A model generated the notes under the pieces. It was not told where the DNA came from, searched no databases, and was given only the letters and a program-made list of their open reading frames with translations. Source: a virus (Duplodnaviria; Caudoviricetes). Taken from it: 64,000 nt of DNA. The stretch is from IMG/VR virus record IMGVR_UViG_3300015050_001236, positions 3,050-67,049 of that record; one strand, written 5' to 3'. The stretch's first letter is position 1, and every line of letters starts with the position of its first letter. Position numbers and translations under genes: made by a program. Positions 30,975-41,132 of the stretch are shown piece after piece.

Positions 30975-33900
30975 GGACGGTTCGCCACTGCGCTCTTCCG
31001 GGTGAAGTAGAGCTTCGTCATCTGCGCCATCAGCCGATCCTGCGCCTCCTTGAGGCGCTTCTCGATCTCGCGCTTGCGCGGTTCCGGAATGTTCTCGTTC
31101 TCGCGCAGGTCGCGTAGCTGCTTGCGCAGGTCCTGTAGCGACTTGTCGGCGTCCTCGAAGGCATCGATCAGCTGCACCTCGACGGGCTGGCTCCTGATCT
31201 TGGCGCGCGCCGCTTCGATGTTGCCGTCCTCCTCGAACAGCTTCATCTCGGCGGCGACGGTCTTCACTTCACCGGCGACCTGGTAGTAGCGCTCGGTCGC
31301 GCCGCGGTTGCTAATCGACCCGACGACGCGCCGGGCGAACGGGATGTCGCCGATCTCGATATCGGCGAAGTCGCCCTGCAACGCCTGCGGGCCGGTCTCG
31401 GTGGCGAGCTTGGCAACGCGCTGGGTGAACTTGCCGACCGCGCCGGTGGCGTAGTCGAGCGCGTATTGCAGTACCTCGGGCGAGATATCGGCCGCGCCCT
31501 TGCGCACCTCATTGCCGCCCGTCACACTGTTCAGCCACGCCGCTGTATCCTTCGGGATATCGCCGGTGTTCGACCAGTATTTCTGGCTCTCGGGCACGGG
31601 CAGGCCGAAGCTCGGCCGCTCGGGCACGATGTCGTTGCCGGCGAAATCCTTGTTGGTGATGATGTCGACGAAGGGATCGGCGATGGTCGGCGCGATGAAG
31701 TTCCAGATGCTCTGCACCCCGCCGAGCGGGTTGAAGGCGCTGGCGAAGGTCATCACCGAATCGACAGCCGAACTCATCGGGTTGCGCACCGGCGAGCCGG
31801 AGAGCCCGGCGCTCATGTTGCGACCGAGATTGTAGAAGGCGTTGAAACCGTAGGGCATCGGGATGGCGATGTAGCCCTTGTCGATGCCGATCGACTTGAG
31901 CAGGCCGAGCGGGTCCATCAGGACAAAGTTGGTCTCGAGCACGTAGTCGGGGATGTCGTCGTAGTCGGTGACGCCGTTGTCGTCCTCGTCGCCCGAGATC
32001 GCCCGGTTGAGCAGGTCCTGCAGCACGCCCATGACCACGACCGCCGCGACGATCTTCTGCACGCGCTTGCTCTTCAGCCCGTTCATCAGCACGGCGGTGC
32101 CCTGCGTCGAGGCGTTGTAGAACAGGTACATGGCGTTCATGAAGCCCTTGAGCTCGCCGCCCTTGTTGAAGTTGATCGTCAGGTTCTTGGCGAGGTAGGC
32201 CGACTGCGGGATCGTCGCACCGGCTTCGCGCGCCGCGCGGTAGGCGCTGAGGCGGAAAGCGTTTTCGGCCACCTTGTTGTAGTCGCCGACGAACTTGCCG
32301 ACCTTGCTGATATGCTCGAACGCCTTGCGCGCCGTGACGTTCAGCCCGGTCGCGGTGACGCTGCGCCGGATGCCGCGCACCTGGGTCTCAAGGTCGTGGA
32401 TGCCGAGGAACTCGGTGGTGCCCCCTGCCTTCTGCATTTCGAGGAAGGTCTTCGCCCAGTCGCCTTCGGCGATCCCGTCGCGCAGCACCTCGCGAATGCC
32501 GGCCATTGCCTTCGGGGCGTTGCCGAGAATCTTCCGGCCCAGCTGCGGGATGTCGTATTGCTGCGCCAGGATGCCGGCCGTCTGGGCGTCGCGCGCCAGG
32601 TTGGAGATCAGGAACTCGGGGTTCCACGCGGTGTTGATCGTGGCGAGATAGCGGTTCAGCATGCCCGCCTTGTTCACCAGCCAATTGACGATGTCGTTGC
32701 TGGTCGTCACGTAGTCGGACTTGATGGCGCGTGCCAGCCGGGGATCAACGACCTTGGCGATGATCTCCTTGCCTTTGTACTTGGCCGTGACGATGTCGGG
32801 CGCCTGCCGGTAGCTCGGATCGCCGGCGGCGTGGATCATGCCGTTGGCGCCAGCGACCAGCCGCGTCGGGGCGGTCTTCAGGATCTGGCCGAAGCCCGCC
32901 TGCGGGTTCTCTTGAAGGAGCCGCAGGAAACTCAGCGCCACCTGGTTCTTTTCGGCGCGGATCACCGCCTCGGTGTTCTGCAGGAACAGGTGCCCGAGCA
33001 GGTCGCCAGCCTTGCGCGTGCGACCGGTCACCGACCGGTCCTCGCGGCCGCCAACGGAGAAGCCCTTGCCCGAGCGGGCGCGGGTCTGGTTCTCGGTCGG
33101 CTGGTCGGGGTCGAGGTCCTCTTCGGCAAAGCCGCGCAGCGGCACGTAGTGCTGGTACGGCGACTCGGTGTCGGGCGAGATCAGTCCGCCCTCGATACGT
33201 GTTGCGGTGGTGTTGGTGGTGATGCGCCGGGCCAGCGCTTCGAGCGCCATCATCTCGGGCATCTTGCCGTCGAGCGCCACCTTGTCGAGGATCGCGCTCG
33301 CCTCGGCGTCGCTCATGCCGCTCGGGCTTTCGGCCACCGCGCCGCGTGTGCGCAGGTAGGCGTTCCGCTCCGGCGCGTGGCGGGCGTAGAGGTAGTCCTC
33401 GAACTCCTTGGGCGTGATCTTGCGCGGCCCGTCATGCGCCGCCTTCAGCGCTTCGAGCAGCGGCAGCTGCAATTCCTGCTCGCGCTCCCTGATCTGCTCG
33501 AACACCTTGCCGTGGTAGAGCTGCTCCAGCATGTAGGTGTCGTTGAGGTCGGTGACGCTGCCGCCGTTCGCCTTGATCTGCTCGATCATCTCCTTGATCG
33601 ACAGCATCTTGTCCTGCATCTTGACGCGCGCGTCGAAGATGCTGGGCAGCCCGAGCACGCTGCGCTTGGACCGGCCGAGGCTGTTGATGAAGCGCCCGAC
33701 CGCGCCCTCGGTACGCTGCTGCAGGATGTTGAACACGCCGTTCGGCGGATCGCTCGGCACACGCTCGCCGAACGGGGCGTTGAGGCTGTAGCGGATGTCC
33801 GGGTTGGCGATGTCGTACTGGCCGTTGTTGTTTACCGCGGACTTGATCTGCGTCGGCTCGAAGGCGACCCAGTTCTCGCCGTCCTGAACGCCGTCGTAGC

Positions 33901-36900
33901 CTTGGCGCATCAGCGCCTGGCGCCCGCCTTCCGGACTCCCCGCTTTCATGCCGGCGAGCAGCATCGTTTCGCGATCGGCGGGGTTCTGGATCGACAGGTA
34001 CACCGGGTAGACGGTCGCGGGTTTCCCTCTGCTGCCGACGGTGCCGAACTTCTCGGCGACCTCGCGTTGCGGAGTGAAGTAGGTGCCCGCCACCTCGGAG
34101 AACTCGGTCTTGCCCTTGAACTCGGTGATGCCCGAGACCGGGCTGCCGTGGTGCATGACCAAAGGCCGTCCGTTCTCGTCGACCACTTTCGAGTCGCCGA
34201 ACCACCGGCGGAACTCTGGCGAGCCGACCGAGTAGCGCGGCCCGCGCACCGACGGGTCGAACTCCTGGAAGCCGCCATTCGGGAACGCCACGCGCACACC
34301 GTCGGGGCCTTCGAGTGCCGTGATCCGCCCGAGGCCTTCGGCGCGCTTGGGGTAGAGCACGACGGGGATCGGGCCGGCCTTGCCCATGAGGGCTCGAGCC
34401 GCGAACGTCCCGTCCGACTGCACGGCGCGGACATTGCCCGCGTAGCCATCAAGCACGAGGCTCGGGTATCCGGCGAACTTGTAGCCCGCGTCGATCGACG
34501 CGTTGTAGACCTCCTGCTCGGGGTTGGTCGCGCCGTCGGTCAGCGCGAGGAAATCGTCGGGCGACAGGTAGACCAGCGCCGCGCCGCGGTCGCCGGTGCG
34601 CGCCATCTGCAACTGGTGCTCGGCCAGTTCGCCGCCAAAATACTGGTTGCCGGGCCGGGGGTTGGTCAGCGCCGGGCTGGCCGTACCGGGCTTGCTCAGC
34701 GCCCCGCCCGGACTGCGGTTCGGATTGCCGTAGAGGCGGCCACCGGGGAGGTCGTCGGCGAACTTGGAGAACTTCGGGTTCTCTTCGAGGATGCTGATGC
34801 GGCTGTCGTCATAGATGACGTAGTTGCGCGTGCCGTCGCCGGTCGCCCGTGAAGCCCCGTCCAGATAGCTGTTGCCCGGTATGCCTGCTTGGGCCAGCGC
34901 CCGTGACGCGGCTTTGTTGCCGCTGAAGTCGCTTGAGTCAGACGCAGTGTCGACGACATCCCACCCGTACGCTGCCGTCTTTTTCTTCCGCAGTTTTGCT
35001 GACAGCGTGTCGTAGACATCGCGTCCCGACATGTCGTCGATGATGTCGGTGCCTAGAAGGTCGGCCACCTTGTCTCTGATTGCCCGCGTGTGCTCGCGCA
35101 TTGGTTTGTCAAAGTCGAGCAGTTCGTTGTCCTCGGGGATGTCGACCTTGTAGAGGTTGCCTTCGTTGACGTGCAGCTTGATGTTCGGATGCCCGTCGAG
35201 CCACTTCAGCGCAGCGACGTGCGCAGCGCGGTAGGCGTCATCGCCGTGCTTGTCGCGCGCACCGAACTCCAGTTCGTGCTTGACCCGGTCGCGCTTGCCG
35301 TCGTGCAGCGCGAACAGTTCGGCGACCATCTCCTCCGGCACCATGCTCTCGTCCGGCGGCGTCAGGATGGTACGCCCGTCCACCTCGATGCCGCCGCGCC
35401 CAGCCAGCGCCTGACGATAATGGTCGGCGACTTCCTTCTTCCCGGCGAAGTACAACCCATAGCCAAAGGCCTGCGCACCCTCGCCCGTCCCGATCTTGCT
35501 CGACGAGAACTTGTCCACCTTATGCGGCGTGCCGTGGTAGGCGACCATGAGTTGCTTGGCTGCCGCGCGCCCGGCGGCGCTGCGGGGCGAGCGCGCCGCG
35601 AGCACGCCGAGCTTGGCCGCCGCGAAGATGTCGGCTGGAATGCGATAGCCGTGGCCAGATAGGAAGTTGCCCGCGCGCGCCAGCATGTCCTTGATCTGCT
35701 GCCAGACGCGAGCAGCACCCTTCGGCGCGGGCTCGGCGTTCGTCGCCCACAAGGCGAACGCTTCGGCCTCGACCTCCGATAGCTCCATCTTGTCGATGTC
35801 GCGGTTGGTCGCGTTGTTCCTGCGCAGCATGTCGCGCATCGGGCCTTCTTCGGCCCGCAGCAGTTTCCGCTCGCTCTCGTTCAGCAGCTTCCATTGCAGT
35901 CGGTGGAAGGCCTCGTGGTAGGCGGCGCGCGGATTACCCCACTGCGTCGTCATTGCGACGACGTCAGCTGTCGGATCGTAGTAGCCCGTCGCTTCGGCGA
36001 CGTGCTTGCCCCAGCCTTCGTCGAACCGGTTGACGATGATCCGGTCGTGCCACTTGACCTTGTCGAGGCCCGAGACGCGGCGAACGATCTCCTCCAGTTC
36101 GGCCTTTTCGTCCTGCGTCAGCTGCGGCGGCAGCGTATCGACGGCACCCCAACCTGTCGGCGCTTCGTCCAGGTTGACCGCAACGTCAGCCTTCTCGGCC
36201 AGCGCCCAGCCCGGATCGGCCGCGAGCAGGTCGGGCGACAGCAGGAACGCCTTCTGCTCGGCGAACTCCTTCTGCGCCGGCGGCAGGTAGTCGACATCCG
36301 AGGCGCGCGGCACGGTGCCGTCCTTGCGCCGCAGATGCGGGCCGTAGTTGGCCCACGACCCCTGCGCCAGCGTTTCGGTGGCCAGCGCCCGCGCCGCCTC
36401 GGGCGACAGCAGCCGGGCGTGTTCGTGATAGGCGTTGTACTGGCCGCGCGGATCGTCGCGGTAGCCCGACTGGCCGTGCCCATAGATGTCGTGGACGACG
36501 CGCAGCAGGTCGTTGTGCGTCAGGTCGAGCCCGTCGACCGTCTTGACACCCGAGACGTTGTTGAGCGGATGGCCGGCGTTGTCGGCGCCCGGCCCGAACA
36601 TGTCGGCGGTCGGGCGGATCTTCAGCCGCCCGGCCAGCACGTCGTTGAGCAGGTCGGCCGGCGAGGCGTAGGGCGCGCCGTCGCCGGTCCACGCCGTGAC
36701 CTGCAGCGGGCCGAGCCCGTTCCACATGGCGCGCGTCTCGTCGATCAGCGCCCGGTAGGCCTTGGCCACGGCGTTGTTGCCCGGGTCATGCGCAGCGCGC
36801 TGCTGCGCGTCGGCGACACGCGCCAGGTAGCCGACGTCCTCGGGCAGCAGCGTCATCAGCCGGCCGCGCGAGACACCGTTCATCTCCTTGAAGCGATCGA

Positions 36901-39900
36901 CGATGGCCGCCACGGCGGGGCGGTCCATGATCGGCGCGACCTCGTAGGCCTTGCCGGGCGTGGTGCCCAGCACGGTCTTCGGGCCGGAGCGGCCATAGCG
37001 ATCTTCGCGCGCCTGGGCACGAGCCCGCAGGAACTCCCGCGACTTGACGCGCACGGCGTTCTCGTCGCCCGCCGTCTGCGCCGCCGCGACGCCCTGCTGC
37101 GCCGCCTGCATCGACCGGGTGGCACGGGCGCGCGGCTGCTGCGCACCGGGCGGGCTGAGCGCCTCCTCGACCATGCGGCCGGTCTCGATGGCCATGAACA
37201 GGTCGTCGGGCACCGAGCGGATCAGGCGCTTGAACCATTCGACGATCTGGCTGAACACCGTGCCGGGCTTGCCGACGACGTTGCGCTTGTTGGCCGCCCA
37301 GTGCCGGAACGCCTCGGCGATCGCTTCTTCCTCGATCGTGTCGGGGTTCTCGTAGCCGCGCTCGCCGGTGTAGTGGTGCTTGGCCCACTCGAAATAGGTC
37401 TGGCTGGTGCCCGGCCGCTTGGCACGGCGCGCGTAGCGCAGGATGGTGTTCCAGCCTTCGGTCTTCGGCCCGAGCACGCCAGCCTGCCGCAGCGCGTGGA
37501 TCAGTTCGTGATCCATGATCTGCGCCAGCTGGTCGACGACCTGGTCGGTCGTCATGTCGGTCGTCAGGTTGGCGGCCGACAGGCTGAGCAGCTTGTTGAA
37601 ATACATCCCCTCGATGTCGCGCCCGTCGGGCGTCTGCACCGTCGGCTTCAGCGTCACGCGCGCGCCGATCAGCGGCAGCTTGCGCTCGGAGGCCAGCTTG
37701 TTGAGCCGCTTCAGCACTTCCTCGGTGCGCCCGGCCAGGGCCTCTGGCGCGGGCGCGCGGCGTACCGGCTCGCTCTCCAGCTTGGGCGGCACCTCGACGC
37801 TCGTCTGCGTGTACTGCGCCCCGGTGTCGGGGCGGCTCATCTGGTCGGCGGCGCGGCGCATCGCCGCCTCGTCGCGCGACGAGTCGACGATCACCTGCCC
37901 GAGCAGGTTACCACTTTCGTCGTAGCGGTTCTCGAGCACGCCCCAGGCCGTCTCTTCGGCCGGCTCGATGGCGATCTCGGAACGCTTGTCAGTCTCGCCG
38001 GCGCGGATTGACGAGACGCGGCTGCGCGCTTCGGATGCCGAGCCGAAGACGCCGACGGCCTTGCCGTCCTGCCGGACGCGCACCTTGCTGACCGGAATGC
38101 GCCGGACAACGTAGTCCTTGAACGCGCCGTTCGGCACGTCGTCGGGCGTCGCCTGACGTTCCTGCCCGAGCACGTCATAGAGGCGGAAGTCGTTGGGGGA
38201 ACGCTGAACCAGTTGCCCCCGACGAACCATGGCGTCGCGCAGGGCGACGACATCCTTGGTGTTCTTCAGCCCGGTGGCGTCCTTGATTGCCTTGGCGGTG
38301 TAGCGCCCGGCGTTGCGCACGGCGTCGAGCGCCTTGCCGTACTGGTCCTCGGTGTAGGAGGGCTGGTCGGCGATCGGCACGGTGACGGGCTTGGCGTGCG
38401 CCGGCATGGTGTCGAGCACGTCCTTGAAGGCGCGCAACTGCGTCTGCGTCATCCGCATCGGATCGCGCGAACCGGTCGTGCGGTAGGCGAGCTCGCCGAA
38501 ATTGCCGTCGTCGCCGATGATGTTCTTCGCCTTGGCGGCGCGGGTGATGTCGAGCGCCGTCAGCGGATCGGTCGAGGTCGCCGGGCGGCGCGCCGAAATG
38601 ATAGCGTCGATCTGCGCCTGCGGCACCTTGGCGTTGGCCAATTCGTCGATGGTGACCGGCGCGTCGAGCGAGCGCCCGAGCTGGATCCGGCGCTGGTTGA
38701 CGCGCTGCGCCGCCGGCCCGCCGATCTCGTCAGTGCTGAACGTGCCGAGCGGCGTGATCGTTTCGCGCGCCGTCTGCAGCAGTTCCTTGGTCTCGGCCTG
38801 GCGCGAGCGCTGCAACGCGACGCGCGCCTGGTACTCAGCCTCGTCACGCTCGGCACCGGGGCTGCTGATCGTCCCGTCGGGGTTGAGAGTAGCATCGCGC
38901 GGCTTGCCATCGCGGCCGAACTGCGCCTGCAGCGGCTCGTCGGGTGCCAGCTGCGCCTGCCGCCGGTGGATCGGTGGCGGGGCGAACATCTCGGGTGAGG
39001 GCAGCGCCAGCAGCGTGTCCGGCGCGGGCAGCGCCATCTGGTTCTCGATCGGCTCGTCGGCAATGACGGCTTCCGGCGCGACAGGCGTCGCGGGCGTTGC
39101 CTCTGCCGCGGCGGCTTCCTTGCCGCCAATGCTGCGCGCGCCATGCGTGACGGCCGAGACGCCGCTACCGGCCATCGCGCCGGCGGCGCTTGCGACCTTG
39201 ATGCGGTTCAGCACTTCGTCGAGCGTCATCTGCTCGCCGACCACGCCGGCGTCGACCAGCGCCTGCAATGCTTCGGTCGCGCCTTCGGTCATACCCTCGA
39301 CCGCGCCGCCCTTGAGGATGCTGCCGAGCAGCGACTTGCCGCCCTGCGTGATGACCCGCCCGGCTATGGCTTCGGTCGCCGCCTCGGCGGCGGCGTAGAG
39401 CGCGGCGGCCGTCTGCGCCGTCTGGACGCTGCCGCCCTCGTCGCGGACCTTGCCGTACTCGCTGCCGTAGCTGCGACCGGTGAACCACGTCACCAGCGGC
39501 GCCGGGTTGCGAATGGCCACCGAGGCGATGGCGAGCGGCGCCATTTCGGCGATGCTGCCTGTCGTCGCGGCGGCGATCTCTTCCATCGAGCCTGGCGCGA
39601 CGTCGAGCGGTGTCTTGGTTTCCTGCGCGGCGGTATAGCGCAACTGCTGCGCCAGCGATTCCTTGGCCAGCGGCATGGCGAGGGTGCGCTTGATGTCCTC
39701 GGGCAGCCGTCCGCCGAGGCCCCAACCCTGTTCGGTCGCGGCAGCCGGCTGGTTCAGCAGGTCTTCGATGGGCGCGCCGGGCGTGACCTCGAGCGGGGGC
39801 GTCCGCCCCTTCTGGATCGCCGGGTCGATTTCGTATTGCAGCGCCTCGACGACGCCGCGCCCGATACCTGCCTTCGACATGGCGATGTCGGCCGGGAGGT

Positions 39901-40078
39901 TCTTCACCCCGACGGCGGCAGCTTCGGCCATGTTCTGGTAAGGCTTTTCGCCGGTGTCAGCGAGCGACTGCCGCGCGGCGTTCGGGAACTTCTTTTCGAT
40001 GAGCGCCCGGATTTCCGTCTTCGGCATGTCGTTCGGGAACGAGACGACGTCGCCGTTCGGCATGGTCACATTGGGCAT
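30971..40078 (-). CDS. 3035-aa internal virion polyvalent protein (two HExxH peptidase-like, two ART-like YHG/HHG domains, LPD38-like C-terminus)
   Basis: HELIH, HEAFH, YHGTPH..GTGEGAQAFGYGLYFA, HHGSP..GTYFT..VYLSIQNP..GYDG, NFNKGG..LFYNAS.QG. Confidence 0.85.
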   Translation of the reverse strand: MPNVTMPNGDVVSFPNDMPKTEIRALIEKKFPNAARQSLADTGEKPYQNMAEAAAVGVKNLPADIAMSKAGIGRGVVEALQYEIDPAIQKGRTPPLEVTPGAPIEDLLNQPAAATEQGWGLGGRLPEDIKRTLAMPLAKESLAQQLRYTAAQETKTPLDVAPGSMEEIAAATTGSIAEMAPLAIASVAIRNPAPLVTWFTGRSYGSEYGKVRDEGGSVQTAQTAAALYAAAEAATEAIAGRVITQGGKSLLGSILKGGAVEGMTEGATEALQALVDAGVVGEQMTLDEVLNRIKVASAAGAMAGSGVSAVTHGARSIGGKEAAAAEATPATPVAPEAVIADEPIENQMALPAPDTLLALPSPEMFAPPPIHRRQAQLAPDEPLQAQFGRDGKPRDATLNPDGTISSPGAERDEAEYQARVALQRSRQAETKELLQTARETITPLGTFSTDEIGGPAAQRVNQRRIQLGRSLDAPVTIDELANAKVPQAQIDAIISARRPATSTDPLTALDITRAAKAKNIIGDDGNFGELAYRTTGSRDPMRMTQTQLRAFKDVLDTMPAHAKPVTVPIADQPSYTEDQYGKALDAVRNAGRYTAKAIKDATGLKNTKDVVALRDAMVRRGQLVQRSPNDFRLYDVLGQERQATPDDVPNGAFKDYVVRRIPVSKVRVRQDGKAVGVFGSASEARSRVSSIRAGETDKRSEIAIEPAEETAWGVLENRYDESGNLLGQVIVDSSRDEAAMRRAADQMSRPDTGAQYTQTSVEVPPKLESEPVRRAPAPEALAGRTEEVLKRLNKLASERKLPLIGARVTLKPTVQTPDGRDIEGMYFNKLLSLSAANLTTDMTTDQVVDQLAQIMDHELIHALRQAGVLGPKTEGWNTILRYARRAKRPGTSQTYFEWAKHHYTGERGYENPDTIEEEAIAEAFRHWAANKRNVVGKPGTVFSQIVEWFKRLIRSVPDDLFMAIETGRMVEEALSPPGAQQPRARATRSMQAAQQGVAAAQTAGDENAVRVKSREFLRARAQAREDRYGRSGPKTVLGTTPGKAYEVAPIMDRPAVAAIVDRFKEMNGVSRGRLMTLLPEDVGYLARVADAQQRAAHDPGNNAVAKAYRALIDETRAMWNGLGPLQVTAWTGDGAPYASPADLLNDVLAGRLKIRPTADMFGPGADNAGHPLNNVSGVKTVDGLDLTHNDLLRVVHDIYGHGQSGYRDDPRGQYNAYHEHARLLSPEAARALATETLAQGSWANYGPHLRRKDGTVPRASDVDYLPPAQKEFAEQKAFLLSPDLLAADPGWALAEKADVAVNLDEAPTGWGAVDTLPPQLTQDEKAELEEIVRRVSGLDKVKWHDRIIVNRFDEGWGKHVAEATGYYDPTADVVAMTTQWGNPRAAYHEAFHRLQWKLLNESERKLLRAEEGPMRDMLRRNNATNRDIDKMELSEVEAEAFALWATNAEPAPKGAARVWQQIKDMLARAGNFLSGHGYRIPADIFAAAKLGVLAARSPRSAAGRAAAKQLMVAYHGTPHKVDKFSSSKIGTGEGAQAFGYGLYFAGKKEVADHYRQALAGRGGIEVDGRTILTPPDESMVPEEMVAELFALHDGKRDRVKHELEFGARDKHGDDAYRAAHVAALKWLDGHPNIKLHVNEGNLYKVDIPEDNELLDFDKPMREHTRAIRDKVADLLGTDIIDDMSGRDVYDTLSAKLRKKKTAAYGWDVVDTASDSSDFSGNKAASRALAQAGIPGNSYLDGASRATGDGTRNYVIYDDSRISILEENPKFSKFADDLPGGRLYGNPNRSPGGALSKPGTASPALTNPRPGNQYFGGELAEHQLQMARTGDRGAALVYLSPDDFLALTDGATNPEQEVYNASIDAGYKFAGYPSLVLDGYAGNVRAVQSDGTFAARALMGKAGPIPVVLYPKRAEGLGRITALEGPDGVRVAFPNGGFQEFDPSVRGPRYSVGSPEFRRWFGDSKVVDENGRPLVMHHGSPVSGITEFKGKTEFSEVAGTYFTPQREVAEKFGTVGSRGKPATVYPVYLSIQNPADRETMLLAGMKAGSPEGGRQALMRQGYDGVQDGENWVAFEPTQIKSAVNNNGQYDIANPDIRYSLNAPFGERVPSDPPNGVFNILQQRTEGAVGRFINSLGRSKRSVLGLPSIFDARVKMQDKMLSIKEMIEQIKANGGSVTDLNDTYMLEQLYHGKVFEQIREREQELQLPLLEALKAAHDGPRKITPKEFEDYLYARHAPERNAYLRTRGAVAESPSGMSDAEASAILDKVALDGKMPEMMALEALARRITTNTTATRIEGGLISPDTESPYQHYVPLRGFAEEDLDPDQPTENQTRARSGKGFSVGGREDRSVTGRTRKAGDLLGHLFLQNTEAVIRAEKNQVALSFLRLLQENPQAGFGQILKTAPTRLVAGANGMIHAAGDPSYRQAPDIVTAKYKGKEIIAKVVDPRLARAIKSDYVTTSNDIVNWLVNKAGMLNRYLATINTAWNPEFLISNLARDAQTAGILAQQYDIPQLGRKILGNAPKAMAGIREVLRDGIAEGDWAKTFLEMQKAGGTTEFLGIHDLETQVRGIRRSVTATGLNVTARKAFEHISKVGKFVGDYNKVAENAFRLSAYRAAREAGATIPQSAYLAKNLTINFNKGGELKGFMNAMYLFYNASTQGTAVLMNGLKSKRVQKIVAAVVVMGVLQDLLNRAISGDEDDNGVTDYDDIPDYVLETNFVLMDPLGLLKSIGIDKGYIAIPMPYGFNAFYNLGRNMSAGLSGSPVRNPMSSAVDSVMTFASAFNPLGGVQSIWNFIAPTIADPFVDIITNKDFAGNDIVPERPSFGLPVPESQKYWSNTGDIPKDTAAWLNSVTGGNEVRKGAADISPEVLQYALDYATGAVGKFTQRVAKLATETGPQALQGDFADIEIGDIPFARRVVGSISNRGATERYYQVAGEVKTVAAEMKLFEEDGNIEAARAKIRSQPVEVQLIDAFEDADKSLQDLRKQLRDLRENENIPEPRKREIEKRLKEAQDRLMAQMTKLYFTRKSAVANRP

Positions 40079-40087
40079 CGCGCCGTC

Positions 40088-41131
40088 CTACTTGAAATAG
40101 TCGGTGTACGATACCGCTCCGTCAGCCGCTACGCTAGGGGTTGCGCCAAGTACGAGATCGCCGGGCATCAACCCGATCCCGGCCGCCCATTCGTCGGCGT
40201 AGATCGCGCCGTAGGCCGCCTTGATCCGCTGGTACGCTTCCACGCGCGCCTTCTGCTGCTTGTCCGCGGCGGCTGGCGGTTCGTCATACTCCTTGATCGG
40301 GTACTTCTTCTGCGCATCCTCGTAGATCTGGTCGATCTTGTCGGCGACGCGCAGGTCATTAGTCAGCGCATTCGGGTTGTAGGCCGGGTGCGCTGCCTTG
40401 TAGGCCGCCTGCTCTTCGGGCGGCAGGCTCTGGATGTATTCCCATTCGACCACGTCAGCGGGCTTGCGCTCCTGAGTGCTGCGCGCATCGAACTGAGCCT
40501 GATCCTGCGCCAGCTGACGCTCGCGGAAATCGCGGTCCTCGCGCGACAGGTCGAGCGCGCTCTGCGCCTGCCCGACGTCGAGCAGGCTGCGCAGCAGGTC
40601 GGTCTCTTCCTTGCTGGCGAGCTGCATCTGGTCCTGGTAGGAGGTCAGGCCCGCCGTGATCCCCGAGCCGACATTCTTCAGCGTGTTCGAACTGTTGCCC
40701 CCGAGGATCGCGCCGCTGGCGGCGAGCAGCGCCATGGCGCGCGCATTGTCCGCGCCGTCGAGCCCGGCCAGCTTGGTCTGGTAACGCTCGGCGATGTCGT
40801 TGTAATCGACCAGCCCGCCCGTGGCGAAGCCGACGGGGGCAGGCGCGCCAACCGGTGCCGGCCCCGACGTGCCGAGTGCGTCGAGACCGCCAGTCGGCGC
40901 GCCCCCTCCCGCAGCGCTATTACGCGCGGGAACCATATCCTCGACAACCGTCGTGCGCTGCTTGCGCCGGGCAGCCTCGCCCTCGTAGCGCTGGCGCATG
41001 TCCTTGCGCCGGTTGAGTTCGCTCAGCACCAGGTACGGCGGTGCGGCCCCCGACGGCGCGGACACTTCGCCCTGAAGGTGCTCATCGGTGAGCCCCTTGA
41101 GAACGTTCATCTGTTCGATCAGATTGGACAT
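40088..41131 (-). CDS. Internal virion (ejection) protein
   Basis: FATGGLV motif; position in the ejectosome block. Confidence 0.6.
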   Translation of the reverse strand: MSNLIEQMNVLKGLTDEHLQGEVSAPSGAAPPYLVLSELNRRKDMRQRYEGEAARRKQRTTVVEDMVPARNSAAGGGAPTGGLDALGTSGPAPVGAPAPVGFATGGLVDYNDIAERYQTKLAGLDGADNARAMALLAASGAILGGNSSNTLKNVGSGITAGLTSYQDQMQLASKEETDLLRSLLDVGQAQSALDLSREDRDFRERQLAQDQAQFDARSTQERKPADVVEWEYIQSLPPEEQAAYKAAHPAYNPNALTNDLRVADKIDQIYEDAQKKYPIKEYDEPPAAADKQQKARVEAYQRIKAAYGAIYADEWAAGIGLMPGDLVLGATPSVAADGAVSYTDYFK

Positions 41132-41132
41132 C

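Noticed and set aside
31466-34852. 1128-aa plus-strand ORF, and similar long antisense ORFs (27308-29149, 35894-38011, 39143-41140, 59512-61200)
   Set aside because: Shadow frames of real high-GC genes on the opposite strand; no RBS or motifs, and Arg/Gly/Val-skewed composition.
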